Shown here: positions 11,001 to 22,790 of the stretch, piece after piece
How positions within the stretch are numbered: position 1 is the first letter of the stretch
How the letters are laid out: each line of letters begins with the position of its first letter
Assembly: GCA_965153455.1 (NCBI GenBank)
Contig: OZ234493.1
Span: 11,398,213 to 11,462,212 of the forward strand
DNA from: Sphagnum compactum
Taxonomy: Eukaryota
Length of the DNA stretch: 64,000 nt
Direction of reading: 5' to 3'
Position numbers and translations under genes: made by a program
The notes under the pieces: generated by a model
The model's database searches: none
Told to the model about the DNA's origin: nothing
Seen by the model: only the letters and a program-made list of their open reading frames with translations

Positions 11001-13423
11001 GTCAGACCATCCTGTTTCAAGAGGGCACTAATGCTGCGGCCACACTTAACCGGAACCTTCACACAACTCTGACTGCATGGTTTGCATTTAACAAAACAAC
11101 ACGAGAGCATCTCAATCCATCTGCACCATTACGCTTGGCTCTCAACACGCTTTACCATGACTTTCCACGCATTGCCACATGGAAAAAGAAGGAAAAGCAA
11201 TGGGCACTCCACACGCGGACGCCAGGTCTGCTACCTGTCGGCCGCATGTACTTTGTGCAACCCTCCAAGGGGGAGAGGTACTTCTTGCGTCTTTTGCTGC
11301 ATCACGTGCCTGGGGCTACGTCTTTTGAGGACCTCGCGTGCACTAACAGGCACTTGCAACATCCCACGCAGCACGCATCTTTCAAAGAAGCATGTCAGCA
11401 GCGTGGTTTGCTGCAGGACGATGCTGAGTGGGCCCAGTGCATGGAGGAGGCTACAAACATGGCCAGTGCCTCATGCCTCAGGGCACTGTTTGTTGCCTTG
11501 CTGGTGTTCAATGCTGTTGCAAACCCATTGGCTCTGTGGGAGCGCTTCAAGGAGGACATGGCAGAAGACTTCATGTATCAAGCACGCCAGGTTGGTGCTC
11601 AGCTCTGCCCGTGTATGGCTCTGCATGTCAGCCTGCCTTGCGGCTTTGCATGGTCATGGTTTGCATGTTGTGCGGCGCTCAATGCTCACTATGTCGTGTG
11701 TGTGCTCCTATAACGTGCAGGGCGAGCCAGCGCGGCAACTTGATGCTGCCATCCGGGACATGGTGTTGCGGGAGTTGGCACTGCAGTTGGCACACCTCAA
11801 CAACAGCCAGGGCTTGGCAGCATTTGGCTTGCCGACGCCTGCGGCCCAGCTTGCCAGTGCTGCGGTAGCAGACGAAATTGCCAGGTATGATGCGGCAACG
11901 CAAGTAGCCATGCGAGATGAGCGCGTGCCGCAATTTAACCCTGAACAACGGGCTGTCTATGACAGTGTCATGGCCGCTATCGACCGCCGTGCATTTTTTG
12001 TCGATGGCCTTGGCGGCACTGGTAAAACCTTTCTCTACAGTTACTTGCTGAGCACCGTGCGCGCACAAGGTCGAGTCGCTATTGCTGTGGCATCGTCTGG
12101 CATTGCTGCATTGCTGCATTGCTACTGGACGGAGGCCGCACTGCACACTCACGTTTCAAGATCCTTGTGCAAGGCCTCAACAGCACGTCCACATGCTACA
12201 TCAGTAGGGACTCTGAGCTGGCAGCACTTTTGCAAGCGGCTGCACTCATTGTGTGGGATGAGGCTGTCATGATGCACAGGCATGTTTTTGAGGCTGTCAA
12301 CAGGTCTTTACAGGACATCATGGCTGTCATTAACCCAGCATTCAAGTTCCTGCCCTTTGGCGGCTTGGTTGTGGTGTTTGGTGGCGATTTTCGGCAAATT
12401 TTGCCTGTTGTGCCCCGCGGCACCAGGGGAGATGTCGTCACTGTAGCTTTGAATCGTTCCAGCACATGGCAACATGTGCGTGTATTCAAGCTGCACACCA
12501 ACATGCGCGTGCAGAGGTTGCTGGCTCAGGGTGGGGCGTATGCACAGGCAGATGCCACACGGCAGCAGGCATTTGTTGATTACTTGTAACGTGTGGGGGA
12601 GGGTGCAGAGTGCGTATATCCCTCTGTTGGTGAAGACTCCATTCTTATTCCTCATGACATGTGCTGCAATGGCCCTATTGTGGCAGATTTGATTGAAGAA
12701 ATGTATGGCGTTCTGTCATCTATTGTTGAGTATGCTGCAAGATCTGCATACATCATTGAGCGTGCAATTCTTACACCTTTGAACAAAGATGTGGATGCAC
12801 TCAATAAACTCATCAATGACAAATATGCATTCACAAAGCACGATGGCTCGCCCGCACAGCACCGCGTGTATTACAGCGCGGATTCTGTGGTGCATGGGGA
12901 GCAACATGGCATTTACCCCACTGAGTTCTTAAACACATTCAGTTTTTCAGGCGTACCACCCCATGAATTGCACTTGCAGGAGGGTTGTCCCATCATATTA
13001 TTACGCAACATGACCAATGGCCTGGCTAATGGTACCAGGCTCATTGTCATTCAACTCATGCAGCATGTCATTGAAGCAGAGGTGGCAACAGGTCCTGCAA
13101 AGGGCCAACGAGTGTTCATTCCACGGCTAAGCATCACACCTTCAGACATAGAACGAATGCCTTTCACTTTGCACCGTCGCCAGTTCCCTGTGCGCCCTGC
13201 ATTTGCCATGACCATCAATAAGGCGCAAGGGCAGACATTGAAGATGGTCGGCATTTTTCTGCCCAAGCCTGTATTTACACATGGCCAGTTGTATGTGGCC
13301 ATGTGACGCATTGGGTGCCTTGAGGGGGTGAAACTGCTAGTTACAGATGGGTGGGAGGATGCTCATGAAGATGCACCTGCCGGTGTGTACACTCGCAATG
13401 TTGTTTACACAGAGGTGTTGTAA
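8087..13423 (+). pseudogene. Helitron RepHel (Zn finger + HUH Rep + Pif1 helicase), 4 exons, several stops and frameshifts
   Basis: CTHCNA...LCCGGGK; GKPDLFITMTCNP; EWQKRGLPHAHILL; KYLYKYVYKGHD; GLGGTGKT; IVWDEA; GGDFRQILPV; MTINKAQGQTL; HGQLYVAM*R; ends NVVYTEVL* at 13423. Introns 9246-9352, 10527-10653, 11591-11720. An 8-bp duplication near 12110 shifts the frame. Confidence 0.93.
8096..8520 (+). repeat. 69-bp tandem repeat (about 6 copies) encoding 23-aa repeats at the RepHel N-terminus
   Basis: Unit gctgaacagcagcaggcagtcagggaacgggatgcctctgccaggcgtgctgccagggcagcccagcct = AEQQQAVRERDASARRAARAAQP, in frame with ORF 8585. Confidence 0.9.
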
Positions 13424-14492
13424 CATGATCGTGCAGACAATAGAGCTTAACAGAGCGTTCGGGGTGGCTGGAGTGGCGTAGCCACGGGTTACCCACTAGT
13501 ATAATATAATGTTGACCTAGTTCCAAATCCTGGCCATGTGGGATTCCTGGCCGTTATGGGTGAGAATTTGTCAGTCCGGGGCAGAACATGCACCTGACGT
13601 TATGGGACAGAAAAAAACACTGGCATATTCCGAGTTGGAATAAGCCTTCCCTTGAACCTCGCTCGTTGAAGGCAGGGAGGGAGGGAGGGAGGGAGGGAGA
13701 GAGGAGACGACGCCTTGGCGCTTGCGGATGCGACAAAAACGCGTTTGGTGCCGTAGTAGTAGTAAGGCGTGAGAATCGTGTATTTGTATTGCAAATTTTT
13801 TTTAAAATAATTGTTGCGTCTGGAGATCGGTTTGCTTTCTGTGGGCAGTTGCGAATTTTTTTTCCTTTTGGGTTTTGGTTTTTTGTTTTTTGGTACTCTT
13901 TGTTGGCTGTGACTATGTGTATGCTTCTTCTTCTGGATCCAACTCTGTTTTGAGTTCCTTTCTACTGTCTTTGGGGGAGCGGGGGATGGGTTCTTCCAGT
14001 CATCTGTGGAGTAAAGCTTTGGTTCAATTGTTAAGGGGATTAAGGATCTTTCTGTTGAGAGATAGATCCTCAACAGTAAGTCATCTGTTGAGAGATCCCA
14101 CCGGAATTTGAAGAAGAAGAAGAAGAAGAAGGACGAGGAAATCGCAAACTGTGCATGCTTTGTCACAATTTGTGATTTGCATTTTTCGTGGGTGATGGTG
14201 GTGGTGGTGGTGGTGGGTTTCGAAGAAGGTGAATTCGCAGCTGATCGCGTAGTTGGGTTTTGTGGCAACTGCAGTTTTTGAGCACAATCTGATTTGGAAG
14301 GTAGAGAGAGAGAGAGATGGGATACAAGTTCCATTTCCCAGATTTGCAAGTCTTGTGTTGTTTGTGATGCTGAGGAGGAGGAGGAGGAGGGTCTTATAGG
14401 GTGGGTGTGATTTGGTTTTTGGCTTTCTTTTGCTTGCAAGGGTTGCAGATTCGTGAGTGACAAAAAGAGGGTTCAGAAAACAAGCGACAAAG

Positions 14493-17400
14493 ATGGTGCT
14501 GCAACAATCAGTTGGCACTCTCCTCAAATTTGCGGTGATACCCATTGCCAAAGTGCTTGTCATGTGTGGATTGGGGTTGCTGCTTGCTAGTTCTTACATC
14601 AACATCCTTCCTGCCCCAGCCCGGAAGCAGCTCAGCAAGGTAGCAAGAACGCTAGCTCCCTCTTTGTCCCCCTCTTTGCTCACTCGATTGTTATGAAAAA
14701 ATTCGCAGTAAGTAGTAGAATCTAGAATCCATCCTACATGAGGATTGAATGAATCTTTTGCTGTTGCTGCTGCTCTACAGCTTGGCTTCCTCCTCCATAA
14801 TTTAGGGTTTGGGAAAAAGGGTTTAGGGTTGAAAAGGGGAGGCTTTTTTTTCTGTGTGGGCACTTTGCAGCTGGTGTTTTCTCTCTTCTTACCCTGCTTA
14901 ATCTTCACGCAATTGGGGAAGTCTGTGACAATTGAGAAGATACTTGAATGGTAAGCAACCCTCCTCTCCATGCACATTTGTGCACAGATCAAAATTAAAA
15001 AAATAAAATTGAACACCCTTACATCTCTCTCTCCCTGTAGTCTTGATCTCGATTCTGAGCATTGATGTATTAATGATTGTTTGCATGCTCGAGATCCAGG
15101 TGGTTCATTCCAGTCAACGTGATTGTTGCCTCCCTCTTGGGCTGCTGTCTAGGCTATGCCATTGCGCTGCTTGTCAAGCCTCCCCCACAATTCTTCAACT
15201 TCACAGTTGTTATGATAGGCATTGGTATGTTAGCAAATTTCATCTCTCTCTCTCGCTCTTGTGACTCTCTCTACTTTGCACTTGGTTGTCATTGATTTGA
15301 AGCAAATTGTAGTCAACAGCATGCATGCTATCCCTCCTCCTCTAGCTGCGGCTGCTATCTGTGTGCCTGTACATGGGTGTTGCATTTTCTGACCTTTATA
15401 TGCATCGTGAAAACTAGTTGCTTCTCTGTGTTTGCTGCATCAATTGATTTCATGAGTTAATCAATGTGATTGCATTGCCAAGTAAACTACACAAACGATA
15501 TTTTGAGCTGCTTCCTTGTTTCTTCAGTAGAATTTGAAGTGTTACATGGATCACAGCATTGTCAGATGATTGTGTGGAAAGTGGTGGTGACAACTTTTTT
15601 TCTGTGTGCTCATCATTTGGTGAAATGTTGGAGCAGGGAATATTGGCAACATTCCACTGGTCATCATAGGGGCAGTGTGTCGAGACAAAGGCAATCCATT
15701 TGGTGATCCTGATTCATGCAACAGCAATGGTGTGGCCTATATTTCTTTTGGGCAGTGGGTATAAATTTTATTTCCTCTTTGCCGCTAACACAGATTTTTG
15801 TAGAGGCAGTTGTCTAGAACCCAAGTTGGAGGAGTTACAGTGACTTTTTTCTGTCTTTTCCACTCTTCTTGTTCAGCCCTCAAAGTGGGGTTGAGATTAC
15901 AATTCTGAATTAGGTGCTCTTATTGATGCAGCTATTGTCTTGTGAGTGCTAGCCAGCATTATGACTGAGTCTTACCATTGCTTTTGGAAATGCAACAGAA
16001 ACTCAGGATGCACACTTTTGTAGAAGATTGTGGGCAGACCATTAGATACTTGTCTACACTGTATATTATATCAGTGCTAATAAAGTCAGTGGGTAGTCAT
16101 AGCAGCTCATCACTGCTATTTGTGATGAAGCTGATGGTCTGACACTTTGTGAGTGACTCTCATTAGGTTAGGACTGTGCTCATTGTCATGTTATCTTCAA
16201 ATTGTTGTTGTGGAGGTTTCTCTTCAAATTTCATAGATATATGAGCCTTATCAATGCAGGTTGGGGCTGTGATTGTCTACACATATGTGTTCCAAATGCT
16301 GGCACCTCCTTCTGCAACACGCTCACATATTATGGACTCTGAGATACCTGGGGAGTCTGTGGCTCTAACTGTGCAGAGGATTGACTACTCCTCTGAAAGT
16401 GTGCTCCTTCATCCAGATTATACTGAAGAGGATTCTCTCTCTGTTCCATTGCTGGTTCCAAGATCCTCAGCTGCAATACACATGGTACAAGAGAACATCT
16501 ACATCTCTCTGCAGAGTTCACCCTTGCTTTTAAATCTCAAATGCCTTAGGGAGTTACAGTTGAAACAGACTGTGGTGGTGGGCTCCTTTTGTGAAGAGAA
16601 GAAATTTTTGCTTAGGGCAAGGACATTGCCCATAGCTGCTACTGAAGCATTGATGATAATCTGTGGAATGTTCACTTTGCACGGCAGGCTATGGCACGGT
16701 TGAGAAATAGTTTGAGTCACACAAGATTTGAGGACATTTTCCAGCCACCGGTGGTTGCCTCTGTAAGTTTTTGCAGCTGGAAAGGATTGGAGCTTCCTTC
16801 TGGATTTGAACATGATTGTGGTTGGTGTTAATTAATTTGGATGTTCCTTCTGTGGGTGAGAAAAAAATCAAGTAAGCTGCTTGCTGATTCTGGGTACTAT
16901 TTTGTTGTGCAGTTGCTTTCACTGGTATTTGGAGCAACTCCAATTTTGAGAAATCTGATTTTCACGGAGCACTCCATTTTCTTCTTCCTTTATGACAGCC
17001 TGAACATTTTGGGGTAAGCGTGGCTGGTTGACCATGACTATGATCAAACAAATATTTGTGAAGAAGAGTGGCATTCAAAGCTTCTGCCTAAAGTTGTCTC
17101 TATTATGGCACATTTTGCAATATCTGTTATCTTGTTTGTGTTGTTTCAGTTAGTTATGTAGCACTCACTGATCAGGCTGGTTAAGGTTTCCTGTGAAGTT
17201 GTGTCCAGGCTTTCATGACATGGAAGGGTTGTTGATGATTTGCAGGGGTGCAATGGTACCCTGCATCATGTTGGCATTGGGAGGCAACTTAGTGGGAGGT
17301 GGGTTACATCTATCACCCATTCTTTGTGGTGTCTCCTGTCATTTTGATTGAAGAATACTATGCAAATTTGCCTTCATCTGTCATCAGGTAATTTGTAGGA

Positions 17401-18289
17401 AGTTTGTTCATGACACTGCCTGGGTTTTTTTATCACAAGTTTCACAAGAAATAAATGCTTTGGAAACCTTTTGCAGGACCTGGAAGTTCAGAGCTGGGCT
17501 TACGCACAACCATGGCCATAACTTTTGCTCGCTTGTTGTTGGTGCCACCCATTGGCCTAGCAGTTGTGATGTCAGCTGACAAACTAGGATTTCTTCCAGC
17601 CGATGACAAAATGTTTCGCTTTGTGTTGCTGTTGCAACACACCATGCCTACTTCCATTCTTGCAGGTATGTATATATCTTTGAAACCATATTAACGAACT
17701 GTTCTCAACAAATTTATCCAAGAATTGAGCAAGATGTGGAACCGGTAGTTTCAATAGGAGCACTGCACAGAGATCCTCAGAAGGAACCTTCCTTGATGGT
17801 CTTTGGAACACTTTTGTACTATGGAATGGTCAAGCCCCTGCTGATTATGTTGGGTAAGGCACCATTGAGCCTGTTAGGGTGAGCTAGGTGACTCACCCAA
17901 CATAATGGGCAAGGGTGATGTTCCATGAGATTAAGGTCTGTGGTGGCAGAATCAATGACGTCAGGGGAAAAAAAATTCATGTTCAACAGACACATTTTAG
18001 TCACTATTATGAGTGTATGATCATCACTGGAAGATTATCCCATATAACATGGTCAAGAAAATGACAAAATCTGCCATCCTAGACCTTAATGTCTCTGATA
18101 TGGTAAAATAGTGGGTACCAGGAAAAGATTCTGACTCCTCTTGTTGGTTTGGTTGCCTTTGTAGGAGCGGTGGCCAATCTGCAAGGGCATGCGGAAAAGG
18201 AAGCATCAGCTATTCTGTTCTGGGAGCATATTCTCGCTGTTTTCTCAATGGCAGGTTGGCTCATTTTGTATGTTAATGTTTTGTTTTGA
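14493..18289 (+). CDS. PILS: PIN-LIKES auxin efflux carrier family protein (10 exons)
   Basis: Exons 14493-14639, 14871-14950, 15100-15224, 15637-15758, 16260-16484, 16688-16762, 16913-17013, 17246-17298, 17477-17665, 18165-18289, all GT-AG. Motifs PIAKVLVMCGLG, LVFSLFLPCLIFTQLG, GIGNIGNIPL, GVAYISFGQWVGAVIVYTYV, FRFVLLLQHTMPTSILAGAVA. Confidence 0.93.
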
Positions 18290-21007
18290 GACATACATCA
18301 GTTGTGTTATTCTATTGTTCTACAGTGTAGTGACAAAAGCTTCAGGGAGCTAGTCTAAGAAGAGGGAGATGGTTTTAAGCACTGGGCAGATTGCCTAGTA
18401 GGTTCATCACTCACTGCCTGCATCTGTTGGACATGGTAGGAGAAATTATTTAGTTAAATCATTCTAGTGTAGCTCACATTTAGTTCACAAGCTAAGACAT
18501 GTCATGGACTGGTTTTTTGTGAGCACCCATGGCAGAAGAAGAAAGTCCTGACGAGAAGTGCCTGATGATGGGTACTGAATAGCACCAAACTTGTAACCAG
18601 GTTCTGATGCAATTCATGAATGTTTGAGCATCTTGGTATTTTGTTGCTGAGAAAAAAAGGCTCTCATGTACTCTAATTGTTTTGGAAATAGATTCTTTCA
18701 AGGGAAGTGATGGCATTTTCCTTTCCATCATCTGGACTCAAAGAGGGGATTACTTCTACAGAAAACAGTGTTGACAGTACTGTTGAGCTTTTTGATCGTA
18801 TTTTATTAATGGACTTTTGCACCAGCTGCTTTCTTGGTCTCTTTCATTGCATGACAGCTGGTATGGAACAAGCAGAACTGCAGTCAGGAGAAGTGTTTTT
18901 GCTGTAGCTTTTGGGCCATAGATCCTGTTCCCAGTTATGTCAAAGAGTGCAAAGAGTTTAGGAACAGCAGTGGCAGGAGAGTTTGAGACTTAGCAGAGGG
19001 AGAGAGGAATGCAATGGGATGGATCAAAGTTTAGGGTTATGTAGTAATATTTTTGCTGGGATTACTCCAAATCTCAATTGCCCAAGAAGGCATCTTGAAA
19101 GGACGGGAGGGAAATAGAGGAGGACCTGTTGTTTAGAGGAACTGCAGCAGTTGAAAGATGGGCAGAGAGGGATTTTCACCTGGCAGTATGTTGGTGGTTG
19201 CACCACTGAGTATATGATAAGGAGGAAGAAGTATCATCAAGTCACTGCTGGTGGCAATGTCCATTTTTGCTTCTGAACTTAGCTGTCAGTACTAACAGCA
19301 TCTGCATCATGAACCACACCTCAAACTCTCTTCATATGCATGAACGAAACCATTGCCAGCCAAAACTACTTCAGCTTGATTAGCATTTGGGTAATTTCCA
19401 GCACTCAGTTGATCACTCTAAGTCTCTTGCAATTCCTGTGACTGTCTTGTTGTGCTTGCTGTTGTTATCACGTGCTGTCATCAAAGAGAAGGGTTTCAAC
19501 AGGTGAGTAATGGTCAGGGATTTCAGGGAATTAGAGCTTTGGATATTGGAGGCAACAGAAGCAAAAACCAGGATCAGCAAAGGTCTGTGCAAGTAAATGA
19601 TCAAAACTTGGCATTGAAGACAACAAGCAATAGGGTTTGGAATGATAAACCTGGGGGAAAAGATTGTCACCTGTTGCAGTTTATGTCTCTTTGGTTTGAT
19701 TGCTGTTGGAATTCTGCTTGCTTGGACTAAATTTTTTTTCCTCAATTCCAAAATCCCGTGGAGGTTTGAGGTGGAAAACAACTCCATCCCTCAATGCTTG
19801 TTTTGAGGATTTTGTTTTGTTGGAGAAATTTGTTTGTTGGATGCGATGAAGGAGCTTGTAATAGAGGCAGTGCAAGCAGAATTTTTTTGACAAGCATCAG
19901 GGATAGTGGAGATTCAGGAATTTTTGGTGAGAGTTTGGTGAAGTCCACAGCAGCAATGGCAAGAGAGCCCAGATCTCCAAGTTCCATAAGGGAGCGAGCA
20001 ATGGGTGAACTGGGATCTAACAGACATTTTCCATGGAATCATCTGGTATTCAAGGTAATCATTCAGTGAATGCAGAATCAATTTTGCAGAACAATTCTTG
20101 GTTGCAAAATTGATTCTCATGTTCGTCATCATCATCATCATTATCATATACTTTGAATTTGCAGGTACAGTGAGTACCTGAGGAATGGAAGATTAGAACA
20201 TTGTTGGATGCACTACTACCAGCAGTAGGTTTAGTGCCATCTTGCAAAGATGATTCATGAAGAAGACAAAAGTCACAGCCTGGTTGTCCAAACCCACAAG
20301 AAATTGAACCTGAATCTGTGGGCAAGAGAATGTCTGAGAAGAGTGCCTTCTGTGAGCTTTCAGAAATCAGTATTAGAACCTGCAAGCTTGATTCATATGC
20401 ACCTTACAGATGCAGATGTCTGTCAGGCAGCACACTGGCCACCAAGATGGGCAATAATCCTTATATGGATCTTACATGCAATCAATAGCACATAATTCAG
20501 TTGACAATTCTGAATTCATCTTGGACTCCATTCAAAGTGTGAAGAAGAACAAGAAGAAGAGAAATTCAGAATTTTCTGCAAGAAAATTTTGTTAGAAGTT
20601 GAGGATCCTCTCTATCAAGAAATGAAACTTGGCAAACATGTAAAATCACAACCAGGGTTGGTGGTGGTGGTGGTGGTGATCTTGGAAGCAAGATCTTCTT
20701 GTTGAGCAATTGACAAAAACAAACAATCTGAATTCACAACCACAACCATGGGGCAGAACTTGTCAAGCAGCTGATGAAAAAGACAAAGAAGAACTGAGAA
20801 GAATGTGCTACAGAATTCCAAATTGACTACAGGTCCCACACAAACACACACACACACACACACACACACATTGCACACACACATTGCATGTGATAGAAGA
20901 GATGTTGTAGTAGGTGGAGGGGCACAGTGAGCATTGAGTCTAGTTGTTGCACGGAGTTCAATGGCGTGCCTGCAGAAAGATTACCTACACACTACTCACA
21001 TCAATGG

Positions 21008-21021
21008 CATGCATGCACGTG
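21008..21021. promoter_or_regulatory. Adjacent RY element (CATGCATG) and G-box (CACGTG) upstream of the ABCG gene
   Basis: catgcatgcacgtg about 55 bp upstream of the first ATG, just before a CT-rich tract. Confidence 0.35.
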
Positions 21022-21074
21022 ACATACCCTTTCTCTCTCTCTCTCTCTCTCCCTCTGTCTCTCTCTAGTCGATC

Positions 21075-22183
21075 ATGATTCTCGAGCACCAGGAGCAGCC
21101 TGAGAAGCAGCAAGCAAACAAGCAAACAAGCAACTCTCGATCGATCAACTACTCCTTTGAATCTGTGAACAATTGTGTGTCAAACATGGGAAGCAACAGC
21201 AGCGGTTATGATGTTGTTGTCAAGCTTCATGAGGCTCCAGGCCGAGTTTCTTCAAGCATGAAATTGCAGCAAGCTGCAGCAGCAGCAGCGCCTGGACCAC
21301 CAGGTTGCTGCAGATCATCACCATCGTCACCATCATCATCATCATACTTGCAGACCCAGAATCAGAGCCGGAGCTTGGGTGTAGCTAGCTCTGAAATTGT
21401 GCAGCTTCATCATCATCGTCATCACCATCATCTGCATGGTAGTCTGAGCCTGCAAGATGATGATGATCCCGAATCTCTAATGCCATCGGAGTTCAACAAG
21501 CAGCTTGTGTCCAAGACTACCTCCTTTCATATTCCTGAATCTGGCACCTTTCCCCTCACTCTCGCTCCGGGTACGTACTTCCACCGTCGACCGACGATGA
21601 AGATCTCCATTCTCTACAACCCAATTATGAGCGAGCTCATCTTCCAAGAGATTGCTCCACCATTCTTGGAACCTTGCATGGATTCTAACAAAATGCATGC
21701 AAAGGACATTCATTGCAAACGGATTGTTCAAACTCCCCTTGTTTTGCTTCGAACCATTCAACCGTTGAAGAAGAAGAAGGAGGTTCTTCTTCTGTCTTCA
21801 TGGGTCGTCACCAAAGCTCGCGGATCATGCATTGCACCTGTTGTTGTGGGTGTTGGCGATCAGAATCTGATTTTTGTTGTTGTGGGTTGTGGGTGGGTGG
21901 GTGCGTGCTTTCTTTCTTTCTTTCTTGTGTGTGTGTGGGCGCGCGCAGTGGATGATCAGCTGCAGGAGCCGCCGCGACGCGAATCATACTATGCGAGTTC
22001 GGATTCTTCCAGCGTGAAGGATTTGAGAGATGTGATGGAGGAGCAGCAGTGGAATCTGCATTCTGATCCCATGGGTCTCACCATGCAGATCGGTGCTCGC
22101 TCTGCTGCTGCTGCTGCTGCTGCTTCTTCTTCTTCTGTTCTTCCAATTGTCTTGAAGGCGAGAACTCTCTCAACAACTCTCTT

Positions 22184-22216
<33 letters not shown>

Positions 22217-22744
22217 TGTTGTGAGTGATCAGCACAGAGCGCTAAAGATCCGGTTTCAGAAGGTCTTATGCAGTAATCTTCATAGGATCTTCAGGATCTA
22301 TAAGAGCTTGCCAGCATGTGTAGGAACTTGTTTGTTGCAAAAATGTGTGATGGGTTTCAATGGGTTGTTTGTTTATTGTTGGGATGATGGAGGAGAGCTG
22401 CAGTTTGAGGATGTGAAGTACAAGGTGGAGATGAAGGCGACGGCGGATGCGGCGCATGCAGGCGCAATCGGGAGTCTTCTTCATTGCAGTCTTTCATGTG
22501 TGGGTCTGAAGAAGACAGTCACCAAGGTGGGACACAGCCCACCGGAGAAGTTCATCCTGAATGGCATCACAGCGTCAGTGGCACCAGGCCAGATGCTCGC
22601 TCTCATGGGTCCTTCAGGAAGTGGCAAGACCACTTTGCTCAATGCTTTGGCTGGTAGACTGCACAAGAACTTGTCCGGCACCATCTCCTTCAATGGCCTC
22701 TCTTTCTCCTCTTCCCTCAAGAGAAGGTGAAGACAGGCACACAC

Positions 22745-22790
<46 letters not shown>

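Larger units (their letters stand above)
5918..13499 (+). mobile_element. Full-length Helitron (rolling-circle transposon), coding region mutated
   Basis: 5' A^TCCTATATATAAAAGC at 5918; 3' hairpin GTGGC-GTA-GCCAC (13473-13485) then CTAG^T at 13496-13500; inserted between A and T of an (ATAAT)n tract present on both flanks; encodes RepHel. Confidence 0.92.

Noticed and set aside
13600-14563. 287-aa and 160-aa minus-strand ORFs
   Set aside because: Low-complexity microsatellite translations antisense to the PILS 5' region.
18300-20900. Short ORFs between PILS and ABCG
   Set aside because: No recognisable domain or consistent exon chain.
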